Of a DNA stretch of 64,000 nucleotides, positions 44,945-58,200 are shown in pieces. Under the pieces are notes generated by a model, which made no database searches, had not been told where the DNA came from, and saw only the letters and a program-made list of their open reading frames with translations. Positions within the stretch are counted from its first letter, which is position 1; each line of letters starts with the position of its first letter. Origin of the DNA: Azolla caroliniana (Eukaryota; Plantae; Polypodiophyta); contig JBHGNT010000001.1 in assembly GCA_043228905.1 (NCBI GenBank), positions 25,420,001-25,484,000 of the forward strand. Direction: 5' to 3'. Position numbers and translations under genes: made by a program.

Positions 44945-47120
44945 CACCGACCGGAAAAAGCAACGACCGACCAACGTTAACGACGGAACTCGATACTCTC
45001 GGGCCATTGCTTCAATTCCCCGCTCATCTTTTAAATGGCAATGCTATCGTTTTCACTCCTTAAAATGGTTCAGTGCCAATGTTGTGCATGCATGAGCTTA
45101 TTCTAGGTCCCATGGCCTAGGAATGTCAGATGCCATATGTTGTAAAGCAAGCTTACACTCGGCCTCCCCCAAGAGTTTCATCAATTTCCATAGGGAAGCA
45201 TAGGAGTGTTCTTGTATTAACTAGTGATATATAACTATCTTATATTGTGTCCTGTCTCTCTTTGAGTATCTCTTGTGGATCACCTTGAAGTATCATTTTC
45301 ATCCCATGAAAACATTAGTCTTAGAGTCATGATTCAAAAATGTATAAGGCATAATCCATGTACCTAACCATCATCTCAATGTCACCACACACAAGAACAT
45401 AATGAATGTTCTCTCGAAAATCCTTTTTATGAGTAGATTCATGTGAGCATGCATGTATAAAGGTATATCATCTCAAAAATTTCTAACTATCTCGATTCTA
45501 ATTTCTCACACTTCATTGTCTCTGTAGTCGGGCTTTGTAAACTTTCTTGTAGAGGTTCAAATTTTGTGCTCATTTGCCCGATAGGGAGGTGATTTCCATT
45601 TGCTTGTTTTTCGATGCATGGGTTAGATCTTTTCATTACTTTTTTGATGCGTTAATTTCCTCTGGAATCTTTTCTTTAATTGAAAGTATGAATGCTGCGA
45701 GTCACAGAACTCTTAAGATTTCCTTATACTTTTCAATAATATCTTAATAATCACGACAATCATAAGTCAAGGAAATAGATTTTTTACTACCTTAATACAA
45801 ACAAATCATGTACTTCTTAATCGTATTTTTATTTTTTCTGTAATTTCATAATACAGATTTCCACTAATTAAGAAGACCTAAATATGCCCACAAAGCTAAT
45901 TATTTCCTTGATTTTAAGATAAACAACGAAGTAACCTCACCAAATTGGGGAAAATACCATTTGAACTTGAGACCTATACATTAAAATGAGAAAAGGCCTT
46001 TGTTCACATCAAGAAAACTCTATAAAGTTCATTGTTACAAGAAAATCTTGTTAAAATAATTCTATTCCATAGGTTATTACTTGAATGACTAGATTCAAGT
46101 AATTCAAGATGGCGTAATGTTCTGAAAGTAATAAAAAAATTACAAGAAATTGTTGAACAAGTGGGTTGGGATGTTGGATGATCAAAATCTCCCCATTCTC
46201 AAATATTGATGCACGCACGGTGAGTTACCTCATATTGGTTACTATGTGAACCTTATGATCCCCAATCTACAGACTACAAGCATGAGGTCTCAATTTGGTT
46301 AATAAAGGCCTATGGCCCCTCAATACATCACAACATGAATCTTTTTGTATCCATCTACGACGATGGAGACTTTTTTTATTCCAAAAAAAAAACTACTTCC
46401 ATTAGTTAAGCAATGTACAAAGGATAATTTACAACTCATATCTTACAAGACATCTTGCATGTCGAAGGAAAACAATATGTGTAGATGAAACAACAACAAC
46501 AAAAAACAACTCCAAAGCACCACATCATTCGATGTGTATAGCATTACTCGAACGCATATTCTCCACGACGATGAAGACTTAGGGGGAAAGAGAGTGAATA
46601 AAGAACCTAAAAGACTTTAATGTTCAAGTGGGGGAGTCATGAGGATATACATATGGAAACAAAACTTCCAGTTGTTAAATTTATGTATTTCACCAACCTA
46701 ACCTTCTCTCAAGTACAAGTTGACAATTGAATGTCTCCAAACAAATGTGAGTTAGTAGCAATTTTATAGGATTAGATCCACATTTCCAAACTTTTTTATT
46801 TTCCGTGCATATCACCCTAAATATACATATTATATATATAGATCATGGGAAGTGTCGATAAGTACTAAATAACTTGTTGCTAGTTAAGGACATGGGTTAT
46901 CCAGCGAGGATGCTCCCAAAGGTTTGACCAAAGTACATGTGTGCTCATGCACACCTATCTACACAACTTTTCATGTACCAAAGGTAAACTGAAAGCCTTG
47001 TTAATGGGTGCCTAAGGTTTATATGAGCTAGAGGGGAAGCTCGAAAACTTATACCATAACATCAACGAGTGCACAATCATAGTCCATAAATACGCACTAA
47101 TATTATTAGCCATAGTGATT

Positions 47121-48395
47121 ATGGGGAACTTTGGTGCACAAGGTTCTCTTCTAGGCATATTAGTGGCATTGGTAACGATTATAAGCATCACTATATTGTG
47201 CTTAGAATGTGCGGATGCGCGAAGTAACAAGACATTGTCTATCAAGCTAGAGAAGGTCGGCACTGACTACGGTGGATCCACACCGTTTTACGTGGTGAAT
47301 CTGCCAATTGGGAGTCCAAATCAAACCACAATGATGCTAAAGCTAGACCTAGATTCATCGGAAACCATAGTGAATTGCAGCAATGAGTTGGGGGCATCGT
47401 CGCTAACATTGCACAAGCTGAAATGTCCGGACACGAGATCTAGGAAGTCGAAGAAGACATATGAAGACTGTGAGGTCGAGGACAGCGTGTGGTTGAACAA
47501 GCTCCGTGGCAACTTGTCGGATCCTATCGTGTCGGTGCCGGTGAGGAAAGTGAATTTCAAGTGCAGTAGCAGTGGCAATTCCGGGGACGGAGTGGCGGCT
47601 TTTTCGGGCGCCGACTCGTGGTCATTGCCGGCACAGGTGAGCAAAAACGGCGGGGGGCTCGGGAAGAGGTTCTCGTATTGTTTGCCGTCCATCGCATACT
47701 TTGGGAGCCCGGACGTGTACACAAAGGCGCAGTTAATCAGCATCTCTTTTGGTGCTTTCATATATGTTCAGATCACACACTTCCCACCCAACCAGTTCCA
47801 GCGGACGCCTCTCATCATCAAGAAGAAGAAGAATGGCCCAGAACCAGAACATAGGTACGCCATATCTGTGCACAACATCAGCGTGGGTGGATTCGCAGGA
47901 GGTAGCGGGGATACCTCTCTCAACCTCTCCAAGCCGCTGGAGCTCTTCATTAGCACCACGAAGCGGTATACCGCACTGGAGAGCTCCACGTACGCGGCCC
48001 TCCGGGATGCGTTCCGGGGAGCCGTGGGCCCCATTCCTCTGGTCGGGACTGTGCCGCCTTTCGACACGTGCTATGCCGCCGACACTTTCTTCCGGGGCAG
48101 CCGCGCACCGCGCCATCCGCTGGCCTTCGGGCCTGTCATAGCCCTCCGTCTCGCAGGCGGGGCCACGTGGACCGTGTCCGCCCCCAAGTACTTTGTCCGC
48201 CCGACCCCGGGCCTCGATGTCGCTTGCTTCGGCTTTGTAGACGCCGGCCCCCACCAACCCAATGTGCTAGGCACTTTCCAACAGGAAGGAAGTCTCCTCG
48301 AGTTCGATGTCCCTCGCTCTACCTTGGCTTTTCAACGAATGTATGAACCCGATGCCCCCGAGAATTTACTCACCGATTGCTCTTACCTCTTGTAA
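47121..48395 (+). CDS. Secreted non-catalytic aspartic-protease-fold protein (XEGIP/EDGP/basic 7S globulin/TAXI-like), copy 1
   Basis: Signal peptide; YVVNLPIGSP; LDLD in place of DTG; FSYCLPS; ISTT..YT in place of DSG; PFDTCY; CFGFVDAG; VLGTFQQE..LLEFD; intronless. Confidence 0.88.
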   Translation: MGNFGAQGSLLGILVALVTIISITILCLECADARSNKTLSIKLEKVGTDYGGSTPFYVVNLPIGSPNQTTMMLKLDLDSSETIVNCSNELGASSLTLHKLKCPDTRSRKSKKTYEDCEVEDSVWLNKLRGNLSDPIVSVPVRKVNFKCSSSGNSGDGVAAFSGADSWSLPAQVSKNGGGLGKRFSYCLPSIAYFGSPDVYTKAQLISISFGAFIYVQITHFPPNQFQRTPLIIKKKKNGPEPEHRYAISVHNISVGGFAGGSGDTSLNLSKPLELFISTTKRYTALESSTYAALRDAFRGAVGPIPLVGTVPPFDTCYAADTFFRGSRAPRHPLAFGPVIALRLAGGATWTVSAPKYFVRPTPGLDVACFGFVDAGPHQPNVLGTFQQEGSLLEFDVPRSTLAFQRMYEPDAPENLLTDCSYLL

Positions 48396-51070
48396 TGTCA
48401 CACCCAACTTTGTATCCCTCAATGGATCCAGCTACCTCCAATCTGGATCCGGTGATTGTTCACGCACACGGTCAATTCACAGCTGAATTTGAATCCAACA
48501 TTAACGATGAATGATAATAAATTGGACATATCCTTGCATGGTACACTACAATGTATTGCATATTATTTGTACATGTATCAATGAATTTATGGACAAGATA
48601 GACTCCTCTATGTTTCGTTTCAAATAAAATTGTTGGTGTGACATCATTGTTTTCGTCGAGTGATGGAGCATAAGATTGGGTTTTGCTTACAATGACCAAT
48701 AATTATAAAATGCAACTGAAGTTGGTTGTGTGTTCTTGGGATCATGAACTTGATACCAATCATTTTGGGTTTTCATGCGTGTTCAATTTCTTTAGTGTCG
48801 ATATACCGGTTTTTGAACACTCAATGAGCGTTCAACATTCAATCACTAATCAATTGTGGCAAGAGTTTGGTTCTATTCTTTGTTGCATTTAATTAGTGTA
48901 TGGTGCATGCCTTCCTATGTATCTCTCCATAATTCAATAATATGTTTTCTTTTTGTTGGTGTCTAAAAGGTCTGCAATTTCATATATTTGTTGTCTATTC
49001 AAGATTGCAATTCTGAAATCTTAATATGAACGCAAAGACAAAAGGTCACTTAAACTTAGGATTAATTGCACGTGTTTTTTCTTTCAAATAAGCCTTTCGC
49101 CCAACACCATCTTCTACAAATATTATGAGGTCAAAATTCTTCAAATCCATTGATAGATATTAAATGAATCCAGGATTATAGGATAACTAACATTGATATA
49201 TGTTGGTTGGCCTAACACATATACGGTAATAAAACTTCTAACTGTTTAACCAATGTTACAATGGAATTCCTATCACCATTGCGACAAAAGTTCACCTTTC
49301 TCTTTAATCGTTTCCTTTTGTATGTTGTGGGATAAAACTGTGGGAGGGGAGAATTAAGACCACTAGATTCTAATAAGAGGATTGGTGGATTCAAATGCAA
49401 AGGGTTCGAATGAGCGGATTTGGTTGAGAGAACATACTTGATCAAATGAGAGGATTTAGACATGAAAATTCAAATGATGAAGATGAGAATGAGTGAACGA
49501 TCATACGAGGATCATACCCACAACCCAAGAACTTGAGACAAAAATGAAGTATGAGCAAGAAGACAACAAGAGAGAAAAAGAAACTAGATATGTACACAAT
49601 TGTCAAGCTAATGACTATATGTCCTTAGACCAATGTTCATCTACTAAAGTCAATTGGATGAAACCAATCTACAATGAATGTGACTTCTTCCAACCTTGCA
49701 ACTCATAACTCTCCAAAAGTTAACAATAATTTCACACCCTCACAACTTTAAATATTTGGTGGCTTTGCCATCTTGTACCAAATACATTTCATTGTATTTT
49801 TCTTTTCGCCTTCTTTTGTAATTGTATTGCCCATAATTATTGACCTATGTTTGAATTTTCAAACATAAACCTTAAAGACTCCATTCAAGTTCTCGTTTAC
49901 ATGTATATCATCTCACATCATTAGGATGCATGTTACTTATGAGTGTTATCGGCAATTAGAGTTTTAAATTTAAGAGTCAAAGTGAAGCTCCCCTCACTTA
50001 TATATAGTCCATTAAAGCCATCATCCACACATTTGAAGACACATTATTTAGCACCCCTTCAAATAGGACACTAGAATCAAGAATGACCTTAGCAATGTGT
50101 CAAAGGACAAGATATGTCACCCACATAAATTAATTAAACGTCCAGTCAAATTAGGCGCTTTTTGTCACTTCCCTATGTCGACAAAAGTCCAAGCATATAT
50201 GTACCTAAAGGCTTCCAATATTGAGTCACTCATCCACACATTATCTTAGACGCTTCTTTATAGAAGCCAATAAGGAACCATGAATGCAAATATTACATAA
50301 AAACTAAGCCTAGTACAAAGAGAGACACAACCAATTACTTTTCTCCATCATTATCCATGGGTTAATATCTAAATTATCAAAAAGTATGACACTATTGAAA
50401 CTTAGAAAAGCTAATTAAATGCACACACCCTTTCATTGTGTCTCTCTTATTTAATTATATTTAGTAACTATAAATCATGTAGATCTAATATTTTCAATTT
50501 TGCAAGGGCGTAGCTTTGTAGCTTTTCATATCTAGACACACCACATTCTCAACCCAAGGATGAATATTTTGTTCAAGCACACATCCCTTACCTTGGGCAA
50601 CGCTTCCCTTGTCCTAGGCATGTACATTTTCCAATCCACCGAAAAGATCCTTTCCAAACATTGGCCTCTTTTCTATATAGGCCTTCTTCTCATATAGCTT
50701 GATTGTTGATGAGTCTTTCTATTATTATGAGCATGTAACAATACTACAAGGCTCGATCTCGATTTGCAAACTTTTGCTTTTCAACATTCTTATATGATTA
50801 TAATATTGATAGATCATGTCAATTGTCGGTAAGCATTGATGACATTGTTGATAAGCATCGAGAAATTTGTTGCATGTTACAATCGTGGCCATCCCAAAGG
50901 TTTGACCATGATTACATGTGCTCATGGCTTTAATTTACATTATGAACGTTAAAAGGAAAGCCTTATTTAAGTGGTGCTTGTAAAATCGATGAGCTAATGT
51001 AGAAGCCCAAATAAATTGGCATATACTCATAGCCCATATGTAATCACTAGTAACCTCAACTATAGTAATC

Positions 51071-52327
51071 ATGGGGAACTCTCACGCACAAGGGTCTCTA
51101 CTCGGGATATTAGTGGCCATTATGAGCATCACTATGTTGTGCTTAGAATGCGTGGATGCACGAAATAACATGACATTGTCTATCAAGCTAGAAAAGGTGG
51201 GATCGGACTATGGTGGATCGACACCACCATTTTACGTGGTGAATCTGCCGATCGGTAGTCCGAATCAAACCACAATGAGGCTGAAGCTAGACCTAGAATC
51301 ATCGGAAACCATAGTGAATTGCAGCAATGAGTTGGCGGCATCGTCACGAACATTGCACAAGCTGAAATGTCGGGACACGAGATCGAGGAAGTCGAAGAAG
51401 ACGACGACATTGGAAGGCTGTGAGGTAGAGGACAGCGTGTGGTTGAACAAGCTCCGTGGCAATGTGTCGGATCCTATCGTGTCGGTGCCGGTGAGGAAAG
51501 TGAATTTCAAGTGCGGTAGCAATGCCGACGGAGTGGCGGGCTTTTCGGGTGCGGCGGCCTCCTCGTTGCCGGCGCAGGTGAGCAAGAATGCAGGCCTCGG
51601 CCGGAGATTCGCATACTGTTTGCCTTCCATAGCATACATGGGCAGCCCCGATGTGTACACGAAGGCCCAGGAAATCACATTCTTCGGCAGGTTCCTGGAA
51701 GTTCAGATCACACACTTCCCGTCCAACCAGTTCCAGCGAACGCCTCTCATCATCAAGAAGAATCAGAAGAAGAAGAATGGCCCAGAACCAGAACATAGGT
51801 ACGCCATATCTGTGCACAACATAAGCGTGGGTGGAAGTAGCTGGGTCGGTTCCCTGAATCTGTCCAAGCCAATAAAGCTCTTCATTAGCACCACACAACC
51901 CTACACCTCCTTGGAGACGTCCACATACGCGGCCTTCCGAGACATGTTTCGACACGCGGTCGGCCCCACCCCTCCCCTCGATCCCGTGGCCCCCTTCGAC
52001 ACCTGCTACTCGGCCAACTCTTTCTTCGATCGCTATGGCTCCCAGCATCCCCTCCCCGTCGGCCCCATCTTATCCCTAGACCTCGCGGGCGGTGCCGCTT
52101 GGACCGTCTCCGCCCCTAAGTATTTTGTCCGGCCTTTGTCCACGCCAAGTGTCGCTTGTTTTGGCTTCGTGGATGCTGGCCCCAACAAACCTAATGTCCT
52201 CGGTACATTCCAACAGGAAGATAGCCTCTTGGAATTCGATGTTGCTCGCTCCACCTTGGCTTTTCGTCGCATCTATGAGCCCGATACTTCGGAGAGATTC
52301 CTCACGGGTTGTCGTCACCTCGTCTGA
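51071..52327 (+). CDS. Secreted non-catalytic aspartic-protease-fold protein, copy 2 (tandem paralog)
   Basis: Colinear with copy 1; LDLE and ISTTQPYT motifs; shared upstream block. Confidence 0.88.
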   Translation: MGNSHAQGSLLGILVAIMSITMLCLECVDARNNMTLSIKLEKVGSDYGGSTPPFYVVNLPIGSPNQTTMRLKLDLESSETIVNCSNELAASSRTLHKLKCRDTRSRKSKKTTTLEGCEVEDSVWLNKLRGNVSDPIVSVPVRKVNFKCGSNADGVAGFSGAAASSLPAQVSKNAGLGRRFAYCLPSIAYMGSPDVYTKAQEITFFGRFLEVQITHFPSNQFQRTPLIIKKNQKKKNGPEPEHRYAISVHNISVGGSSWVGSLNLSKPIKLFISTTQPYTSLETSTYAAFRDMFRHAVGPTPPLDPVAPFDTCYSANSFFDRYGSQHPLPVGPILSLDLAGGAAWTVSAPKYFVRPLSTPSVACFGFVDAGPNKPNVLGTFQQEDSLLEFDVARSTLAFRRIYEPDTSERFLTGCRHLV

Positions 52328-54051
52328 ATTTCCCTTTGTATTTTTGCCATTGTAGAATTTCCAAACACATTGTTGTCATCTCCTTTAAACTCAAATTACC
52401 CCTTGTATTTTTGCAATCACTTGGATTGGTCGTTGTATTTAAAACCAATGATAATAACGAATGGTGATGATCCATGAAGTCTGGGCAAATATAGCACAAC
52501 ATTCTGATGTATTTGCGAGTGTATTGATCAATTTAAGTGTATTATAGATACCATCCATTTCTTCTTAAATAAATATGTTGAAGCAACACAATGTTTTACT
52601 TCTAGAGTTGAGCTTCTAAAACTAACATATGCCTCTAGTGTAGAATTTCATTCTTGTAGACATTCTGAGGAACATTTCAAATGTTTTAGGCACACATCAT
52701 GTTGAAATATGTAGGATGATTTACTATAAAATGCAAGTGAAGAGAATCGTATGCTCCTAGGTTTTTATTTGCATTGAATTCATCTTCTTGCAAGTGTGAA
52801 TCTCTTTTCTATTAAAGAGAGCTTATTGCTTGTATGGGGCTTGCCTGGCTTTTGACAAATGTGAATCTATTTTCTCAGAATATAACTGAAAATGCCATTC
52901 AAAAGACCACCCAAAAGTTACAATTGCACATGCACACTTTAAACCAAGAGTTTAAGATCTTTTTTTATTCATATCAAGGACGTCCTTGTCAATTGTCAAT
53001 AATCTTTCAATCCCCCTTGATGTTAATGATTGATGTAAGAAGTTTCTTTAATTTAAAGGGAAAACACACTTTTTTTTTGCAAGAAATCCCTTCTTACTCA
53101 TTAGATGAACAATCTAGATTCTACACCATCTCTTACAAGCACTATGAAGTTAAAATTATTCTTGCCCCTAAAATATGTTATAATGTCACCTATTATAAAT
53201 AGGAAATACTACACTAAAAGGCCAATTCAGTGCCTAATGTGAACCTTTTAGCCACTAACTATGTCATGTGGAAAACAAGGGCTTGTAAAATGAGTTGAGT
53301 GTCACGAGTACATAGGAAGGTCATACATTTTTAGGAGTCTTGAATTCAAGACCTCATTAGACATCATGACATTATTTGTAAATATCACATATGTACCATA
53401 TTAAGATGTTACATCATTATTAACCTTGCATCTGATAGTTATGAATGCTAGCCAAACATGTTGAGCATGTGTTGATGCTAGGTTGTAACCATGCGAGGGT
53501 CCATATAAAAAGAGAGAAGGAATAAGCTTGTCAAACCATTCTAATTCAATTCCAACCTACAAAGCACTCTGATATTGGTTGTTTATAATACAACAGCTTC
53601 AAATTTCAAACCAAATTCCTCTTCTTCTTCTTCAACATCTGAGCTTTGAGAAGGCACACCAATACAAGGAGCTATTGTAGTGGGTTCAACAACACGAAAC
53701 AATTTTACTAACTTTGTGACAACAAATGTTTGGAGTACAAACGTACAAAACTCTTCGAAAGGCATGAAGATAACTCTCATAGTGACATTTGATGGTACAT
53801 AAAATACAATAAAGAGTATGATTAACCTAAAGAGGTTGTAGAAGCAAAAAAACCAATCCATTGACAAAAATCCAAAACACCCATAAGCGAACTTTACGAT
53901 AGAATGGGCAATTTTGGTTTTTCAGACCATGTCTAACCAATTGCCACGAAAGCTCAAACTCCAATGGGGTGAGACCATATGTTCTAGTTATACTCTCATA
54001 TATGTAGATGGCATATATAAAGAGAAGGTCCATGAACATGAGAAAATGATC

Positions 54052-55060
54052 TTATTTTTTATTTTTCTTTTTTCCAAATAAGAATATACTCCATTAGTTA
54101 AAATGACATACAATACACAACTTTAGTCATTATCTACTTCCATATGGGCTACCTCACTTATTTAACTTACACTCATGTTTGTTCTCCATGTTTCTCATGT
54201 CATTCACGCCCCTCTATCATCTAATGGGAGGGGGGAACAACCATCTCAGCACTACGTACTGCCACCGTATATCCACTCCAAATTCTGCAGCCATCGGTGT
54301 AATACACCATCGTTTTCTGAAATTCAGCCTCATTAATTCTGAAGCATCATTTGTTCCATCAACCCGCTCATATTGGGCCCTCAATGTAGATATTAATGTG
54401 TGCCATATTAGCTTAATAGATTCTACTGGAGACCGTTTGTTTGCTGAAAATGCCCTAGTACATCTTACGGTGCAGATGTTCCATATGATAATGGGTGCAA
54501 GCAACATCCATAGATCTCCAATTTTTTGCTTCTGGGCATTACTTGTAGGTGCACTGTTATCATTGATCAATCAAATAGTTCCATTCTACCCTCTGTACAT
54601 TCCTTTGCATGTGCTATCAAATTTCTCCATATCATCACCAAGACAGTTCCAACAAGCATGTCCCCATTTGAGGGTAAATGAGCTAGAGGCATGGCATAGC
54701 AATCGTAATGCGCTCCTCCATATAGCCATTGCCTCATGACATTCCCATAGACAATGGGAAAGGCTTTCTAGTTGTCCACATGCACTACATCTAGGATCTA
54801 CATTGGGGCCTTTAGCCCACCCCCCTACCGGCAAGGCTCTATGCACAATAAGCCATAAGCACATCATTATCATGCGGTCACCACTATCATGCCATATCAT
54901 TTTCCAAAATTTAGCTAATCTCCTTTCACTAATGCCCTCTTGTATCCAAAATTTATGAGCTGCAATATCTTTGTGTTCTTGTTTTAGGATAATTTGCCTC
55001 CCGATTTTCGTGTTGTACCTAAAAAATTGAACCAACTTGGCACCATCAATTTGTCCTCGA
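54052..55060 (-). mobile_element. 5'-truncated LINE (L1-type) 3' fragment
   Basis: zf-RVT-like FWKMIWH..CLWLIVHRALP..CSACGQLESLSHCLWEC, then IWNICTVRC; degenerate poly(A) seen as a T-rich run at 54052-54073; 5' boundary approximate. Confidence 0.8.
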
Positions 55061-55148
55061 GTTTTCTCTCACACTAAATGAGAGAGAACATTGTATAGAT
55101 TTGTGTCAAGTGCATAGACAACATGAGTTATGTCACTTGTCTAATATT

Positions 55149-55151
<3 letters not shown>

Positions 55152-55227
<76 letters not shown>
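55152..55227. repeat. Compound (TA)n(GA)n microsatellite
   Basis: Directly visible. Confidence 0.95.
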
Positions 55228-55231
<4 letters not shown>

Positions 55232-58200
55232 ATTATTCACTTAAAACATCAATATGACTTACGAGAACAAAAATATAGCACTTTCACCTAATACATGTGA
55301 AAGTGAGTAGTGACTCTCGATGTTCAAGAAGTGTACTAATGAATATTGCAATGTTTGTGAGAGAAATTCGTGCAAGAAATTCAAATGTGACCAAAGGCAT
55401 AACATTGTATCAAAGTGTGATACTCAGACTCTCGAACTTATTTAGGGAAAAATGTGCATAGTCGACTAGTCTCATCACATGTGCCTCAACGTTTTGTCTC
55501 ACATCTACATAAGAGGGAACTTAAGTTGTTTTGAAGCAATGGTTTAGATGACAAACAACATGATGGACATAAATATACAAAGAGCTTATTGGCAAATCAA
55601 GACTAACTCTCTATGAATTTGAAGAATCTATCTCTAAGAACAATTCTTATGAGGATGATTGTAGTTTGGCCTTCAGTTTTGATATATTTTACATCGCAAC
55701 CCCATCGATCACAATTCAACCGGCATAATTATTTTGGTCCTAGTATGAAAAGCGGGATTTTTTGCCAATATAACATAGCTTACATTATTAGAGAATATTT
55801 GAATAGGCCTTTGCATTGTAATTCCAAGCAAAGTCTTCACTTGTCTCTATTCACATAACTTCACATATTGTTTGTGTAGAGGCCTTGCATTCAACTTGAG
55901 ATGTGCTTTGTTCCATCATATATTTTTTAGAACCATGCATAAAAAACAATTCTAGCATATCCATCATATTTTGTTTTTTGACATGATATGAGAAAACAAG
56001 AGCATGTCACAATTGCTAAGGCAAGAAAATACCTTAATTCCTCTTTCATGTGAATGTTATATGCCAATTCCTTATTAGCACTAATTAACTATATTCAACA
56101 TACGTGGTTATAGGATCTTCCGCATAAATAATAATTATTGCAATTCCGTTAGACAAGTGCTACACTTTGAAACCTCTACTTTAAAGAGACGTTGTTAACT
56201 TTTTATACCACACATGAGTCATAAGAAAGCTTTCTTTAGATTGGAATACGAGATTATCATCAAATACATATCATTGTGGTTTTTCCATGAGACACGTATA
56301 CACTTTTACTAGCTTTCACTATACATTTCAGCTAATAAAGTATTCGATTTTCATTGGTAGTAACTAATATTACATGTCTTTTGCAAAAGTGAAAAAAATC
56401 CCTCGTAATCCAAATCATTAGTTTCTATGTAACCCTTTCTAAGAAGTTTATTACATATGTACATCCTTTAAGTATCATTGAAATAATATTCTATTTAAAA
56501 ATTTATCTATCACACAAATTATGCTTTTACAATCAAGTATTGACACTAATTTCCAATGTATCATTTTTACCATGCGGATCACAATGGAGGGATGCCTTGC
56601 AGTTTGATCTCCAAATTTTGTGTTGTGCGTGAGTGGGGCATGCTTAATTTTGACCCAATAATAATGGTATGGGAGATTATAATGATGGGAACAAAGCTAG
56701 TGCATTGTGATGTTGATCAAAAGGCTGTGACTGTTATTTTGGGGATTTGCAGTAGGTCAACTTATGGAAATGGGCGTCAATTACATTGTATTGAATTCAA
56801 CTCACATTTTCCCATGGATGGAAAGAATTTGAGGCTTGTATTGGATGGATAATGTAGTGTGTCAGCTCAAAGGATAAAAAAAGGTCTGATAGTTAACTTA
56901 TTAAAGGCTATTTCCAGACTCGGTTAACCCAACACCTATTATATCAAACATTTATTCTTATGTAAGACATCAATTGGAGCTTTCTTCAAATCAAGCAACA
57001 TCCATGTACAAACAGCACACTTGTGGAACCTTTAGACAACCAAATAAAGAAATTGCATTTATGAATTCAGGAAACCAACTAATTGTTACATAAAAAATAG
57101 AGATGCATGCACCATATACTTGTATAAATGAAACAAAAAGATAAAGTATTCATAGAGTACCGTTTACTACGAATTGAATGGTGAGCACTTGTGGAGTGTT
57201 CAATAACCTATTTATTTATCGTTAACGATGAGTTTAATGCTTATCGAAATCTATTCTTACCGATTGAAACCCTAGGAATGTGCAATTCTCATCACTTGCA
57301 TTTTTACAATAGTAACTACCTATTTCAACGTGATACCCATGATGGGGGCGACAAATACAAAAATCTACAATAGAGGCAATATGTGCATTTTAAGAAGCTG
57401 AATTGGAAACATAAAGCATGATGCTACTTCAATTTTTCTATTAAGAGAAATTGGGTTTGGTGCTTCCCATTAGCAAATAAGATAGTTGCAAAGAAGAGGC
57501 TTGATGTCCAAGGGTGTTATGATCAATTTTAAGAAAATCAAGGATACTACAAGTGGTGGCAATATACATGGCGTGTGAGTTTATAGGACGTGAGGCTCGA
57601 AGAGGGAAATTGCATGCAAATCATATGCAATGTCAGGTTCATACACACACTCAAAAGCCAAAGTGGAAGGAGCTATGTTAGAATTCCCAAGAGACGTCCC
57701 GTCTATTGGAATGTGCCAATCATATTACGTTTTAGGTTGGTTAGGATTGACATAGGAGAAGCCCAAAACATGCAACATTGAGTCTAAGACTTGATTAAGG
57801 TAGGACAAAATACTTAAGGTCTGTAACCGTCCATACGACATCATATCAGCCTACCTCAATATATATTTGATGTCAAGAGTTTCGTGGCCATCCTACCAAA
57901 CTAGAGAGCACATGACATAATTGTGTATTCATATAAGAAAATCTCATGATAAATCCACCATATAAGGTGTGTAATAAGAGTGCCTTGTAGTGGGTCATGT
58001 CCTAGTGAGACATGTTGTGGGGTTCTCTTATTCTCCACACTATATTAGAATGAGGTTAGTGCATTTACAATTATGCCATACAATTAGAACCGCTCTCGCA
58101 TCACTCTATTATTTTCCACAAAGGACTATCATGACCCTTGGACCAACGATAATTGCAACACACTCTCCCCAAGAATATAGGTGGGGGATTTTAACTCTTA

